From the human T2T-CHM13v2.0 reference genome, Homo sapiens: a stretch of 64,000 nt of DNA. The notes beneath the pieces are model-generated. The model saw only the letters and a list, made by a program, of their open reading frames with translations, was not told where the DNA came from and did no database searches. Both the position numbers and the translations under genes were made by a program. Below are positions 1 through 18,698 of the stretch, piece by piece; position 1 is the stretch's first letter, and each line of letters starts with the position of its first letter. The stretch is taken from NCBI RefSeq assembly GCF_009914755.1, contig NC_060943.1; one strand, 5' to 3'.

Positions 1-220
1 GACACGCTGCGGATCATTTAATCTTCACAAGTGTGTGTGACAAGTGGTATTTTCTTCATTTTAAGATGATAAAACTGAAACTCAAAAAAGTGAGGCGACT
101 TGTCTAGGGTTGCAAAGTGTGTGGCAGAGCCAGGATCTAGGTCCCCCTGACTTCCAAGCTGAGTGTAAAGGTCTAGGTGAGTCTAAAAGTGTGGCCATGC
201 AGAGAAGTATTGGTGTAGAG

Positions 221-449
221 CAGTGGTTGTTGACCAAGGGTGGTTCCCCCTCCGGGGTCATTTGGCGATGTCTAGAGATATTTTTGGCTGCCATAACAGG
301 GGTTTGGATGAGGGAGAGGGGAGGCTGCTATTGGCATGTAGGGGAGAGAGGCCACGCGGATGCTGCTGAACATCTCACAATACACAGAACAGCCCCCACC
401 GCAAGGAACTGTTCAGCCCAAATGTCAGTAGAGCTGCTATGAAGCCCTG
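221..449 (+). mobile_element. MER20-like hAT DNA transposon relic
   Basis: CAGTGGTT..ACC start; internal 'catttggcgatgtctagagatattttt' and 'gatgctgctgaacatctcacaatacacagaacagcccccac'; 'aagccctg' end. Resembles recalled MER20 consensus. Confidence 0.75.
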
Positions 450-1549
450 GTTTGATTTAGCAACCTGAGGATGCATTCTTGCAGTTAGCTAATGTTTGCT
501 GAGTACTGAGCTGGATAGCGTGAGGGATATGGAAACAGTGCACCAGTCTGTGTCACCAAGTAGTTTGCAGCCTAGAAGGACAGGGGGTGGGGGCAGGAAA
601 GGCACATGAAGGCCCTCAATATAAGGCAGCAGATGATAAGTGCAAGAAGAGAGTGTCCAGCAGGGCTAAGCCAGCGCTCAGGAGGGAGACCACATGTCTG
701 GCTGTGGGAGGAACTGAAGGAAGCTGTGGGAAGGTGGTTTTGAGCTGGGTGTGTGAGCAAAGTTGAACTGGTGGAAAAACACAATACCTGTTCAGGGAAG
801 GGCAAACAGGTTAGTTTGGTTGGAGAAATAGTATTTTTAGTGAGTAGAGGGAGGTACACTAGAAAGGCAGGTTGGGGCTACAGCTTTGAATCCAGGCAGA
901 GGACTCTAGCCTGGGTGTCTGTCATAGTGATGGAAAAGTCTTCCCTTTCAGAACAGTGGTCTAGGCCCTAGGGCTATGGGGCTTAACAGCTTCCAGAGCA
1001 CTCTCTCTACAAAGGAGGGGATGTTGGAAATTGGGGTGGAGAAGGGAGAATGCCTCCTGATTTTAGGACCAAGTTGATGCTGAGTATGTAACATAGCCAT
1101 TTCACCTCAAAGTGGCCTTTGGGGAGATGGTGCTCACAAGCGGAAATATACATGGGGATCAGGTCTTTTCTGCGTGGTTGCTCTGTGCAGGGCTGGGCCA
1201 CTTTATAGTGAAAGCTGGAGCAGATTTGGAACCCCTAAGCTAAAGTCGGCTTCCCAAAATGTGAGCTGTTACAGCAGGGCTTGCTATGGATAAAGCTTCA
1301 AATATGGACACTACCTGGTGACAGGCTTTTTCTAGTTTATTACGTTACCAGTAAATAGCATTAAGACATGTTGGTGGCATTCCAGTGCACTGTAAAGAAT
1401 AGAAGCAAGGACTTCCTGATCTTCTATAAAGGTACCATTGCCTTCAACACTCTCCCACCATCATCATTAAGTTTAGCCATGAGAATTATGTTACTCTTTT
1501 GGAAAAGTGTTGGGGGAGAAGGCATGGGAGCAAATCTTTGTTGAGCTAG

Positions 1550-1927
<378 letters not shown>

Positions 1928-4900
1928 AGTTGCAGATATTTTCACATACAATATCTCGTTTAACTCTCTCAACATTGTTTGGGTGTAAGTACAGTTTGCT
2001 GTTTTTTTGTAAAGGAGGAAACTGGCATTGAGAAAGGCTCACTTGCCCCATCCCCCATAGCTAAGAGAAGCTGCATTTTGATGTGTCTGTGGCCTGTTTT
2101 GCCACATTTCTCCCCCCGTTTTCCCCTTCATAGACAGTCTTGTTTACCTGGATTCAGGCTGCTAGAGACCATGGACATCAGCATTAGTGGCAGCAACAGG
2201 AGGAGGGAAGAGATTAGAACTTTCATCGCAACTGTCGGTGCAGCTGTAAGTTGCTTGAAGAATATAATGGAAGGTTCCCTGCTGGAGGCTCCTGATCCCT
2301 GGGGATGACTCAGGTCAGGATACTCAGCCTGGTGGTCTATGCTTTAGTCCCAGGCCAGCGTTCCCATTTGAGGGCGAGAACAGGTGAGGTGACGCTGTCT
2401 TGCTGTTACGTAACAGATTAGACCATGTGCTTTATGGGAATCTGGGAGGTGAAACTGGTCAAACAAAAGAAATTCAGCATTCTTAAGAACATAAGAAGGT
2501 GACTGATAACTTGGCAGCTGTGCCAGTTCTCTCCTGTACTCTTTCCCGCCTCCTCACACCCCAATGCCTCATGATTTCTTCCTCAAATCTTTTTTTCTTG
2601 CTTGGATTTCCTTATACCTTTCAATGACCCTCTCTATCTGAATATTTGGCAGGAAAGTGGATACTAAGTGTTGGTAGAAGAGACTTTGACAAGGTCTGTT
2701 TCCCCTCTGTGCTCCTGCTCCCATCCTTGGCAAAATATCGGCAATAGTAGTGTTGTTGCCTGGGAAGTTGCCCTGTCCTCTCTCTGTTCACAATTCCCTC
2801 CAATTCTGCAGCCACATAAGATGGCAGCAGAGCAGGATCCGGGACAAGAGGCAGCTCCCCTGCCGAGAACACCGCCCCTGGAGCAGTGGGTGACACCAGG
2901 CCTCCTTGTGTGTCCATCGGGAAGGTGGCCATGGCTTAGTTGTTCTGGTCTAAAGGGGAGGGAACTGGGTTGGGGGAAGAGACCCCCAGAGCTTTAGGTC
3001 TCAGAGGGTTTGAGAAACAGGAGCCACAGGAGGGAAGGAGCCCTGAAGTGTGTTTGCCCAGCTGCTGGGGCGCCTGGCTCCAGCCCTTGTTTGGAAATGG
3101 CCCCGGGCAAAAGAAGAAAGGTAATAATACTTGAAGTAAACATTAGGGGCATAGAATATCAGCACTCACTAAACTTGACATTTATTTGAGACTTTAGGAA
3201 ATGTGCTCAAAGGGAGAGGAGAGGCTGGGCTTGAATGCTGGGTGATATTCATGGGGGCTGAAGGGAAGGCTAACAAGGGAGCCCTTTTTTTGGAAGCCTC
3301 CAGGCAGGAGTGAGAGCAGGGGGTGTGACTTTATTTCCCTGAGAGAAGGAAAGAGGAAAGGCATGAGTCAAAGCCCTTTGGTTTTGTTTGACCATTCTTT
3401 TTTCTCCACGTTTTCAAATTATCTCGGCCTGTTGACTTGTCACAGAGTTGATTGTGGACTTTGCTACTGCAGTGTTTATAAAGCACTGCAGGGGCCAGGG
3501 ACTGCTATGACTGAGCCTGTGTCCAAGTTGAAGGCTCAGGGTGGGCCTAAGCTTGTTCTGATGCAAATCACTGATGTGGCTTCTTTCTGGAAAATTCTAA
3601 AACCAGGGAGATGACATCCATTTCATAAAGCCTAGAGATATGGGTGCAGTCATCTCTCAAAGTGGCAGGAGTGCAGGGGGACTGAGAGGGACTTGGTTGG
3701 GTGGAACTTGAGCTGGAGTTGGGGGAGGATTTGGGTTGGTGGAGGGCAGAGAGGAGGGCCGTGCAGAGCAGGGGCGTGTTGTAGGAGAGGTGCCTCCTGG
3801 AGCTCATTGGATGGGGATTTTAGAGGACAGGAGCTGTTCGTGTTCATTTTTGTATTGCTTGAACTTACACAGGGTCTGGCACTTTGGGAGTATTCTATAA
3901 ATGACTGTTGAATGGAATGATTGTTTTGTAGCCCATTAACTGGGCCTGATGTATTAGAAAGTGTGCGAAAATGTAGCCCATTAGCAGAAAGAAAATCTTA
4001 CTGAAAAACCATCCCATGTACAAATGGAGCCTGGTGCGGCCACTTTACTTATGCTGCTGAGTTCTGCATCAGTCCACACCCAGGCCACCGCAGGGGCCGG
4101 GAGCTCCTCCTCAGACCTACCTCCCGTGCCTCAGTCTCTTTACCCCTCTGTTCTTCCAGGTCCTGCTCCCTCTGGTTTCCCCTCCATGCACTTGGGGTGG
4201 GTGTTGCATCCTGTGTCCCATTGGAGGGGGCTTCCGGTCTGTTAGGTCTATTAATATAAAACACCCCCAAGACAAATGGACTTTTTTCTTGTTAACATCA
4301 CAACTTCTTATGATGCATCTCAAGAACATTATTTGTGTCAAGAGTCTCTCTGATGTACAGAGGCCCTCCATTCCTCAGGAGGAGGTAAGGGGAATTTGGG
4401 AGAAAACACCGCCCTGCCTGGGTTACTTATTTCCCTATTCTACAGTGTACTTGGTAGACATTCAAAAATATTTGTTGACTTTGTCCATGATCCACATGGC
4501 TCTCATATAGTCATTTATTCACACATACATTCAGTGAGACTTTGAGCGCCTAGTGTGTGCCTGGTATTTACTAGATGGTGGATGCTGAGATCAGGTGTGC
4601 TGCTGTCTCTGAGGAGCTCTCACTATACAGTGGCACCTAGGGTGACCGAATCCACCTGCCCCACTTTACAGACATGGAAATTAAAGTGCAGGGAAGTTAT
4701 AGGATTAGTTCAACAACACAGTCAGTAGCCTCAAAGTTACAGGAGTAAATCAAGTTTTCTGACTTGCTGGATTTTCTATTAGTGTGCAGCTACCTGGCTG
4801 CTGCAGGTGTAGACGTGGTGAGCTCCGATAGGAGAGAGGACGTTCAGAGTGAAATGGGAGCCCTGAGCACCCTGGATTAACCGGGAGGACATACCGGGTC

Positions 4901-5046
4901 CAGCTGTGACCGCACAAAGGACCATCAGGGATATTTGTATTCTCTTTTTCACTTTGAGCTTGAAATGAAGAAAACTGACCCCAGGAAACCAAGAGTGGAA
5001 GATTTTTCACAGGGGATTAGTGAGATGCGTCAAAAAGCCTGTGTTG

Positions 5047-5157
5047 GATGGGTGCCTGTAATCCCAGCACTTTGGGAAGCTGAGGTGGGAGGATGGCTTG
5101 GGTCCAGGAGTTTGAGACCAGTGTGGGCAACATGGTGAGACCCTGTCTCTATAAAAA
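5047..5157 (+). mobile_element. Alu left monomer / FLAM-like
   Basis: gcctgtaatcccagcactttgggaagctgagg...gagaccctgtctcta, with no right arm. Confidence 0.8.
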
Positions 5158-5656
5158 GCTTTTTTGTTTCTTGTTTTAAAAAGAAAACCCTTTTCTGATG
5201 TCTGTCACGGTGTTTCTCACTGAATGGTAATGGTCTGACTTTGAGTGGGTTTCATCCATAGCCTGGAGCTCTGTGAGGCAGGGACCAGGTGTGATTCACC
5301 TTTGTCTCTCCAGTGACAGTACACAGCAGGATCCGATAAATATTTCTTACAAAATAAAACTGAATAAAAAGTAGACATCTGCACAGGTGTGGGATGACTA
5401 AGCAGCAGCAGGAGCAGGAAAAATCAGTCCCCCCAGATCAGCTGATACAGCGTTCAGCTTCTAGATAGGGGTGAGGTGCCAGGACGGGGATGGGGTTCCT
5501 GTGGCTCTGCTGCTCTGGGGAACACCCCTAGGATTCAGAGTGTAGGCTGTGGTTGCTGCACTTCACTTGCCCGTGGGAAAGTGAGCAGTGGGTGTGGGGC
5601 TTCAGGTGACCCTACGTGGGAAACGGCCGAGGGAAGATGGGGTAGGTGGCACATAG

Positions 5657-6755
<1,099 letters not shown>

Positions 6756-6943
6756 TTCCTGTCTTCTTATATTAATAAGAAAAATAAAACAAAATAGTGT
6801 TGAAGTGTTGGGGTGGCGAAAAAATTGTTTTTGGGGTGGTATGGAGAGATAATGGGCCATGTTTCTCAGGGCTGCTTCGAGCAGGATTAAGGGCTGTGTG
6901 GACCTTAAAGAAAATTTTATAATAGGTTACATGGAATAGGAGT

Positions 6944-8698
6944 TTAGGCTGTGGGGAGATCTTGGGGCAGAGGATGGTACTATGGGGTTGTTAAAAGTAG
7001 CATTTGTCATATAGAATGATTAGTGATGGTCTGAATGTGGTTTTGTGTGAATTGAGAAACCAAACGGAAGACACAAGGCCCGAATAAGAGGAGAAAAAGA
7101 GGTACCAGAGGACTAAGAATTGGGAGGACCCAGGATGTCCAATTAGAGAGTGCCCAAGGGGGTTCAGCATAATTACTTGCTTGTTGGCGAGTTTTTGGGC
7201 TATATCCTTGAGTTTTTTTTTATATTGTCATATACTAGGCCAGATTGATTTAGGTAAAAGCAACACTCTTCATTTAAAAATATAGAGAGTCCTCCTTTTT
7301 CAGCAGTGAGTAAGTCAAGGCCTCGGCGGTTTTAGAGGACAACTGCAGCTAAAGAGTCAACCTTGGCCTGAAGGACTCATAGAGTTTGTGATATGTCTGT
7401 GATGCTAGCAGAGAAGTCATTAGAGAGGCTCTGGAAGGTCGTGACAGAGGCTGAAATGCCTGCTATTCCAGTTCTGAGCGCAATAGCGGAGGCAGAAAGT
7501 CCTAAACCGACAAGTAAGGGAATTAGTGGAATAACCTTTTTTTTTGTCATGTCGGTGTCATGAGAGGAACAGGAAGCTTTTCAGTCCCATTCGCAAATTG
7601 AATTTTGGGAGTAAGGTAAACTAGTGTGCATGTGCCTGTCCAATTAGCAGGTAGACACATGTAGGCAGAGGATCCACAGAGGAAGAAGAGACCTTGTGCA
7701 AGGCAAAACTGGAAATGCAAAGTAAAAAGATGAGAAGGAATACTAAAAGAGGTGTCTTGCACTCAGACTCCTAGGGATCCAGCTAGGGCGGCAGCCATCA
7801 GAGGTTGTAATGGGGACTGATGGGGTAACTGCATAGAGGGGGAGGTTCGATTTTCATGGTGTATGAGAAAACGTTGAGTGTCTACGAGCAACCTTTCACT
7901 GTTATTTACAGGGCTGGGTATAAGCAAACAAAAAGAGGGCCTGGGAGGAGAGTCTGACGAGCAAGGGGAAGGTAGTCAAGGATGGAGTGAAATACAGGGT
8001 AAGTGTCTTCCTAGGAAATAATAACTGCTAATGTTTTTAAGTTTGCCAGTATTGATAGAGGGCTTTTCTGTAATATGGAGCTGGGAGGCCCCAATTGTTT
8101 CAGTGATATGTGTAGTTGGGCTTTGGAGATGAAGAGTGAAGGAACACGGAGAAGGTGAAAGGTTACCTAGGGGAATTCCAGTGGGTCTTTGCCAAGAGAT
8201 ACATAAAGGAGTGGCCACAGGAATAGTAGTTTGTGTTGTGAGGGGTCCAAATATGGGGGGAGTAGAATTAATATAAGGAGAAAGATTTTTTAAGTAAGTG
8301 CGGAGAAGGGCGGCAGCTTGCTGATGTGAAATGTCTGGGGAGGTCTTGCTGGACCTGTCTAGAAAGTAAAGAATTTCTTTAGGAGGGTTAAGGTGAGGGC
8401 TGTTAAAGGAAGTTCGGAGGTGTAGGGAGACAGGAGATGTTGCTTAGTCTGTATGTAAGGCGGGGACAGCTGTGTAGGCACAGGAAGAAAGGGAAATGCA
8501 AAGCCAGCAATTGTTCTCTAAGGAGGGATCAGAGACGGCTAGGAGAGAGTGAATGAGACTGATAGTGTGGTGGAGATAGCTGGGGAGAGGTAGAGGGTGG
8601 CATAAGAATGGGAATGAGAATAAGAGTGAGTATAAAAGTAAAGAATAGAACTTCATCAGGGTGGAAGTATTGGAGGGTGCCCTGCCAGCAAAGATCAT
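6944..8698 (-). pseudogene. HERV-H env, full-length span but disabled
   Basis: Track ORFs MIFAGRAPSNTSTLMKFYSLLL..CWLC (8444-8698), PLCISWQRPTGIPLGNL (7976-8218) and CLPANWTGTCTLV (7547-7762) are in one frame and match HERV-H Env. Downstream are the fusion peptide VIPLIPLLVGLG, the immunosuppressive domain [17 protein letters not shown] and a TM segment. Multiple stops and A-run frameshifts. Confidence 0.93.
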
Positions 8699-8993
8699 CT
8701 ATCCACTCTAAGAGGGAGTTAAGAGTGGCAGTTTGGGGATAGCACCAGGAGATATCCACTGTGATGGTTTGGAGGAACAGTGTAAACTGGCAGTGTAAAC
8801 AAGAGCAGGGCATTTATGAGTAGTTGAGAACGGTGAATAAGAGTATGACTAGACAGAAGATAGTAGGGATGACAAGTTTTTTGGGGTGCAGTCCAAGTAG
8901 TGGGGGTGACTGCATAAAGCCCTGTTGCAAAAAGTAGGGTAAGGATGAACAGACCTAGTAGAATGAAGGGACGTATTAGGCTCATGAGGGTTA

Positions 8994-9583
8994 TTACTGT
9001 TCTTCAGAAATACAAGTGAGTTTAAGGGAAGTAGGGGAGAGTACTTGCGACTTCCAGGAGGAAGAGGAGAGATTAGGCTGGCTGTTTGATGGACACAGCT
9101 TTATTCTGGAATGGTGAACCCAATGGGGAGGATCCTGCAGGCGGACAGCAGTTGGGGTGCTAGAGATGACTAAGTAGGGTCCAGTCCATTGAGGTTGTAG
9201 AGTTTGAGGGGTCAGATTCTTAACAAGAACGGGTTGTCCAGCTAGGGTGTCTTCATATGGCTGGGAATCTGGAGTAGGCAAGAGAAGATTAGCAGCCTGG
9301 GGAATTTCCTGTCTAGCCTGCTGGAGGCCTGGAAGATAGTTGCCTAGAGGGCCGGTGTCTGGGACAAGGTTGGGGCCGAGCAAGAAAGTGTGTCCATGTA
9401 AAAGTTCAAATGGACTGTACCCTGTAGCATCTCGAGGACAGGCTCTAATTCTGAGAAGGGCAAGAGGTAAAAGTACTGTCCAGTCCTTTTTAAGTTGGAG
9501 ACTGAGCTTGGTGAGGTATGTCTTTAAAAGACCATTAGTCCGTTCTACCTTTCCTGAAGATTGAGGGCGGTAAGGGGTATGAA
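8994..9583 (-). pseudogene. HERV-H pol fragment: integrase C-terminal half
   Basis: Translates HTPYRPQSSGKVERTNGLLK..W..LLPLALLRIR..P....GYSPFELL.G and WTGPYLVI (GPY/F motif). Homology stops abruptly at ~9583. Confidence 0.92.
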
Positions 9584-10137
9584 GTTTGACTTATTTCAGC
9601 CTACAGAGAGTAGGATGAGAATTGGTGAGTGTGTATCAGACACATTTTGGCTCAGGATGGAAAAGAACTGTCACAGTAAAGTAAGTTTCCTTGGGAAATT
9701 ACAAGTTTACTGGTGGAGTTCAGGCCTGAGCTGGGTGTCTGAAAATACCTGTTAGAGTGATTTCTAAGGTTACAAGGGCAGAGCTTGGCTTGAAACTAGG
9801 TTTCCCACTGATACCACATATTAGGTATTATACAAACTGTCTTTTGCAATGAGACACGGCCCTATGATGCAGGCTGAGCTCTCTGACAGTTACTTCCTGT
9901 CTTTGTGGGCGATTGTGATTTTATCTCCTTTGTGACCTGGACTTTACCTCCTACCCTTTGCTCTTGCCAGCCCTCCCACTTCCTTTACTGGTGACAAGGT
10001 TTAAGTGCATTTACTGATGATGGTCACAAGGTGGCAGCACTGCCTCACTGGTGTTTCCTAAGACCTCTGCTTGGACGTGGGCCAGTCTAAGGTGCTGTTA
10101 GGATTAAGGGCATGAATGAGGCTAAAGGTAAACTTTA

Positions 10138-10505
<368 letters not shown>

Positions 10506-10539
10506 CCAAAAATGAATACAAAATTAAAAAGTCTGGTAG

Positions 10540-10740
10540 AAATGCTTCACAAACTTTAATGTGCTCACAGATCACCCAAAGATCTTGTTTAAATGCAGAT
10601 TCTGATTCTTCTGGTGGGGCCTGAGAGTCTGCATTTCTTTTTTTTATGATTGGCATTTTCACAAGATTCTGCATTTCTAAGGAGCATTTGGACGATGTCA
10701 TTGCTGCTGGTTGGTGGAGCACACTTTGAGTAGCAAGGCT
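10540..10740. mobile_element. MER5A-like DNA transposon relic
   Basis: 'aatgcagattctgattc', 'tctgcatttctaa' and 'cacactttgagtagcaagg' are typical MER5 motifs. Confidence 0.65.
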
Positions 10741-11126
10741 TGAGTATCATTTAGAGATTAATTCTCACTGCATCTGATTTATGGATGGGGAGAGACTGAG
10801 GTGTGGAGATGGAATAGAGCTTGCCCTCCATAGCCATGCCCTCACCGCATGACTTTTTGCGTTTAAACCCAGGGCTTCAGCCTCTTTGTCCAGTCCTTGC
10901 CTCATGCATCACATGGCCCCTTCACTGTTGTTGGTGGCATCTCTTTAGCTTAGGAACTCAGAACCCCATTTTTATCACCCACTCTGGGCTTGGCTCAACA
11001 TGTCACTTTGACTGGTTTTCCCCTTACTCAAAACCTTCACTGACTCTTCTGTAATTCACAAGATCAAGTTCGAATGTCTGTGTCCAGTGTTCATGCCTCT
11101 ATAACATATGTATGATCCCCCTTTAG

Positions 11127-11458
<332 letters not shown>

Positions 11459-11702
11459 ACTTCCCTGTTTTTAAACCATCTCTTTCTGCTCTAGCTCTCC
11501 CTGTTCCTTCCTGTTCCCTACACATACTCTGTTCTGGTCTCTCTCAGTGGTAGTGGTGGTGGTATGGGCTCTGGTGTTAGACTCACTGAGTTTCTAATCC
11601 AACATCCACCAACAACCTTGGCAAGTTACTTCACCTTTTTGAGGATCAGCATCCTCCTGTGAAATAACCCCACATGGTGGTTGAGAGGAGTAAATAAAAA
11701 AT

Positions 11703-11765
11703 CATCTGTACCTCATAAATATATATACCTACTATGTACCCCCAAATGTAAAAATTAAAAAAAAA
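11703..11765 (+). mobile_element. Short L1 3'-end fragment inserted in a MIR
   Basis: 'cataaatatatatacctactatgtaccc' followed by an A tail; MIR-like sequence upstream (11560-11700). Confidence 0.6.
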
Positions 11766-12479
11766 GTAAAACGACATCTGCAAACCCGCTCTCATTCCTG
11801 AGACCCTCTTCAAAGCTAGCATCTACAGCAGTGCCTGCCACCTGGTTTCCTTGGCGTGTGTTTCTCCTTGTCTCTGCTTTCCTAAGGTTGAACCCTTCAG
11901 GACCTCACCTGAATCCCGTCTGTTCCATGAAACCTTTCCCAGCCATTCCTGACCCAGTTGATCCCTCGCTTCTATAAATTATTTTACCTATGTATGGGCA
12001 TTTAATTACATGCCAGCCCTCTCAGTGAGACCCCATAGGGAGGCTGGAAGGGTATTGGATGTGTGCGAATTGAAGGTTAATTGAATGAATACTTTTCTTA
12101 CTACCCACTGAGTGTTAGAGCTGCCGTCTCTTTTTTTCAGCTAGTCCCAGCGGCAGTTCCTCCTGCACCAGCTGCACCAGACCCTGGCAGGCATGTGAAT
12201 ACCTTAGGGATTGCTCTTGTCAGGGTCCTTCCTGCCTCTGGGTTTTGGTTAAATTGGTGTTTCCTTTTGCACGATATCAGTGGTCCCTCTAAGGGAGAGA
12301 TTGATGATATCTCTTTATGGAAATGCCAAGATAATAACTGAGGAAGTTGAACTCAATATCTTATTGCTTAAACAGCCTGGTTACAGGAGATGTGTACACA
12401 CTTTCTTGTTTCGTTAAAATTACAACAGTCTTTACTCTCTTACTTCAGAAGAGACTGGGGACAAAAGACCAAGTGGGAG

Positions 12480-12675
12480 TGTGGGCAACATAGGGAGACC
12501 CCATCTCTACAAAAAAAAAATTAGCTGGGTGTGGTGGTGTGTGCCTGTAGTCCCAGCTACTTTGGAGGTTGAGGTGTGAGGATCGTTTGAACCCAGGAGC
12601 TCAAAGCTGCAGTGAACTATGATCACGCTGTTGCACTCTGGCCTGGGTGATAGACCAAGAAAAAAAAAAAAAAAC
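12480..12675 (+). mobile_element. 5'-truncated AluJ
   Basis: gggcaacatagggagacccc...tgcagtgaactatgatc plus A tail; TSD caagtggg. Confidence 0.85.
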
Positions 12676-12908
12676 AAGTGGGGAGGACAGGGTGGTTTAG
12701 GGGAGTTAATGTACCTCTAACCTGGATTCTCTGAATTGTTCTTTCAATCATGTCTGGAAGTGTACATCTTTGTATGTGTGGTCATATATTTATATCACAT
12801 CACTCATAATTCCCTGCCTGTCAGTGGCAATTAGGAGATCATGTCAGTCAGGCTTAGGATATTAAAATTATGTAGTATGTGCTTTCACTGGAGCAAAGGT
12901 TTCTCTGA

Positions 12909-13315
<407 letters not shown>

Positions 13316-13619
13316 AATCAGGGGCTTTTTAACCTTCCCATTTTCCTATAAAGGATCCATGCCAATGTTCAGATATATTTATTGTGCCTGGAACTGGATG
13401 TTCTTTTAAAAAGTGAATCCCAGGGATGGCTTCCTAGCAGATTTCCAGGATTCTAATCTTCACTGTCTAAACTGTGGGTTTCCAACCTTGAATACTGATT
13501 AGAGTCGCTTGTAGGGCATTTAAAACCTACCAATGCTTGTGCCTTCCCCCAAGAGAGTGTGATTTGATTGATGCATGATGTGGCCCACGCACTGGTTGTT
13601 TATGAATGCTTCCAAGGAA

Positions 13620-14190
13620 AATGGTCATTTTACAGTGGGGGAACTGTAGCCCAGTGCTCAAAGTTAACATCTCCAGTAATCAGAGATACTGACATCTTAG
13701 GGCATCCTAATATGATGGATGGAGAAGGCGCAGCATCACCTCTGTAGTATTCTTGCCCAATGTATATAACTTTAGTTTCATCATGAGAAACAACTAGGAA
13801 AGCCCAAACCGAGGGTCATTATACAAAATAACTCACCAATACTCTTCGAAAATGTTAAGGTCATGAAGGCAAGAGAAATTCTGAGGAACTGTCCCAGATT
13901 AAAGGAAACTGGGAGGACAGAGCAATGAGATGCAATGTCTGATCCTAGATTGGATCCTGGTCCAGAAAAAGAACATTAGTGGGAAGATAAAGGGGATTTG
14001 AATAAGGTCTACAGATTCATTCATTGTACAGTATCAGTGATCATTTATTGATTTTGATGATTATACTGTGGTTATCTAAAATGTTAATATTTGGGGAGGC
14101 TGAGTGAAAAGTATATGAAGACCCTGACTATTTGTAGAAGTTTTTTGAAAGTCTGAAATTATTTCAGATGAAACTAAAGAAAGGAAAAGA
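13620..14190 (+). mobile_element. Old L1 (L1MC-like) 3' UTR fragment inside a MER5-like element
   Basis: 'agcatcacctctgtagtattcttgcc', 'tgcaatgtctgatcctagattggatcctgg', 'tctgaaattatttca'; MER5-like halves at ~13470-13610 and ~14190-14240. Confidence 0.6.
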
Positions 14191-15652
14191 AAGCTTCCAG
14201 GTAATTCTACTGAGTTGCCAAAGCTGAAAACCACTTCTCTAAGTTATCTTGCTTAATAATACTGTCAAGAGTAATCTTCCTGGAAATACCATATTGTTAT
14301 GTTTGTGACCTTTTCAAAGCTTTCCAGTGATTGCTGTCATCTAGGATGAAGTTCCTGCTCCTTAGGCTACCATTTAAAGCCCCCATAGCATGGCCTCAAT
14401 CTACTCCGTTGATCTACGTGGAAGGACTTAACCTACATTTTACTTTCTCATGCCTGAGCTTATTCTAATTCTTTTACTCCTTCCTATATAATACCCTTGC
14501 CTTCCTGTTCAGCCTCCTGAGCTGTTCTTTGTGCTATGGCCCATTTCAGACCCTGTCTCTTCATTGAAGCCTGTATAGTTATTCCTGTTAGAAGCAATCA
14601 TCCTTCCTTTCTTTGAATTCTGGTAGGTACCGTGATGTGGAGTGAACCACGAGCTTTAGATTCAGAAATATGTGAGTTTGAATCCTTTGACAGTTCCACC
14701 TTTAACCAGTTCTGAGATAAGGGACAAGTTTATCAACATCTTGGAATAGAGGGGTAATAGAGTACCTGCATCAAAGGGTCATTGTGACCATTAGATCAGA
14801 TGCAAACATAAAGGTCCTCAGCACAGCATATAGCAGATTCTTTCCTCAGCACTTTAATAGCTCAGTGGTTCCCAGAAAGTTTGTGGGTGGTGTGAAGGCT
14901 CTTATCAAAATTTCCTAAAGAGCCTTTTAAAAATATTTGCACCTGGTCATCACTAAGATGACAGATGCTCTTTAATGGAACTGAATGCTTGGGACTTTAA
15001 GAAATGCAACTGAGATTTTTTTTTTTCCCCCTTGGAACACAACTGAGTAAATAAGTGACCTAAGGGCAGAGGAATGTAACCCAAAAGAGGGAGAAGGAGG
15101 AACTGGGTTTTTAAGTAGGAAAAAGCTGTGATGCCTTCCACACCCACTCTGTTGCTGTCAGTGAGACAGCAGTGAGGAAGTACCACTCCCTAGTACAACT
15201 CCTTAAACCATGAGTCCTGAACAGCCCTTCACTAATCCATTCCCTGTCCAGATGATGTGTACCTGGATGAGTCAGATCCCCATGAGTCAATCATTCTTCT
15301 CCGTCTTCAGCTCCTCCATCCTCACCACTCAGTGCTATGTGCTATGGTCTGGCCCCACTTCCCAGGCCATTAGTATTGGCCTAAGAAAGCAAGACTGGGA
15401 GGGGCAACTGAGAAGGAAGTCAGAGGCCACTAGGCATGGAAAGAGGCAGGTGGGGCTGTCATTGCTCAAAGGCCACACACTCTGGGTGTGTTTTATGACT
15501 GTTCCTGGATTTGAAATCTTTTCCCCTTTGTGATCATTCCAGAGACTCACCCTCCTCCTGCTTCCTTCTCATCACACTATCTGTTCCTAGTGCATCCCTT
15601 TTACGGCCAGAGAATGGCTGTACAAATAGTTAACAATTCAGTAAAAGTTACA

Positions 15653-18447
<2,795 letters not shown>

Positions 18448-18698
18448 CAATGCCTTACACATCTTAATTTACTCTTTTATTGTCATCCTCTGATGGAGTA
18501 AGAGTCACCTTTGTGCTGCAAATGAGAAGAAGCTGAGGGAGGCGAGGTGAGTGGTCAGCATCATCCAGCCAGTTCATAGCAGAGCTAGTGTGTTTCACCT
18601 CAAAGTTTGTGCTCTTGCCTATGATTCAGACAGAAAAGTGAGACACAGCAGGAAGGCAAGGCAAATTTTTGTTGTGGGTGAAGTTTATAAAAGGTACC

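Noticed and set aside
2621-4510. Overlapping 60-110 aa ORFs in unique GC-moderate sequence
   Set aside because: No recognisable protein motif, no consistent splice architecture, and lengths expected by chance.
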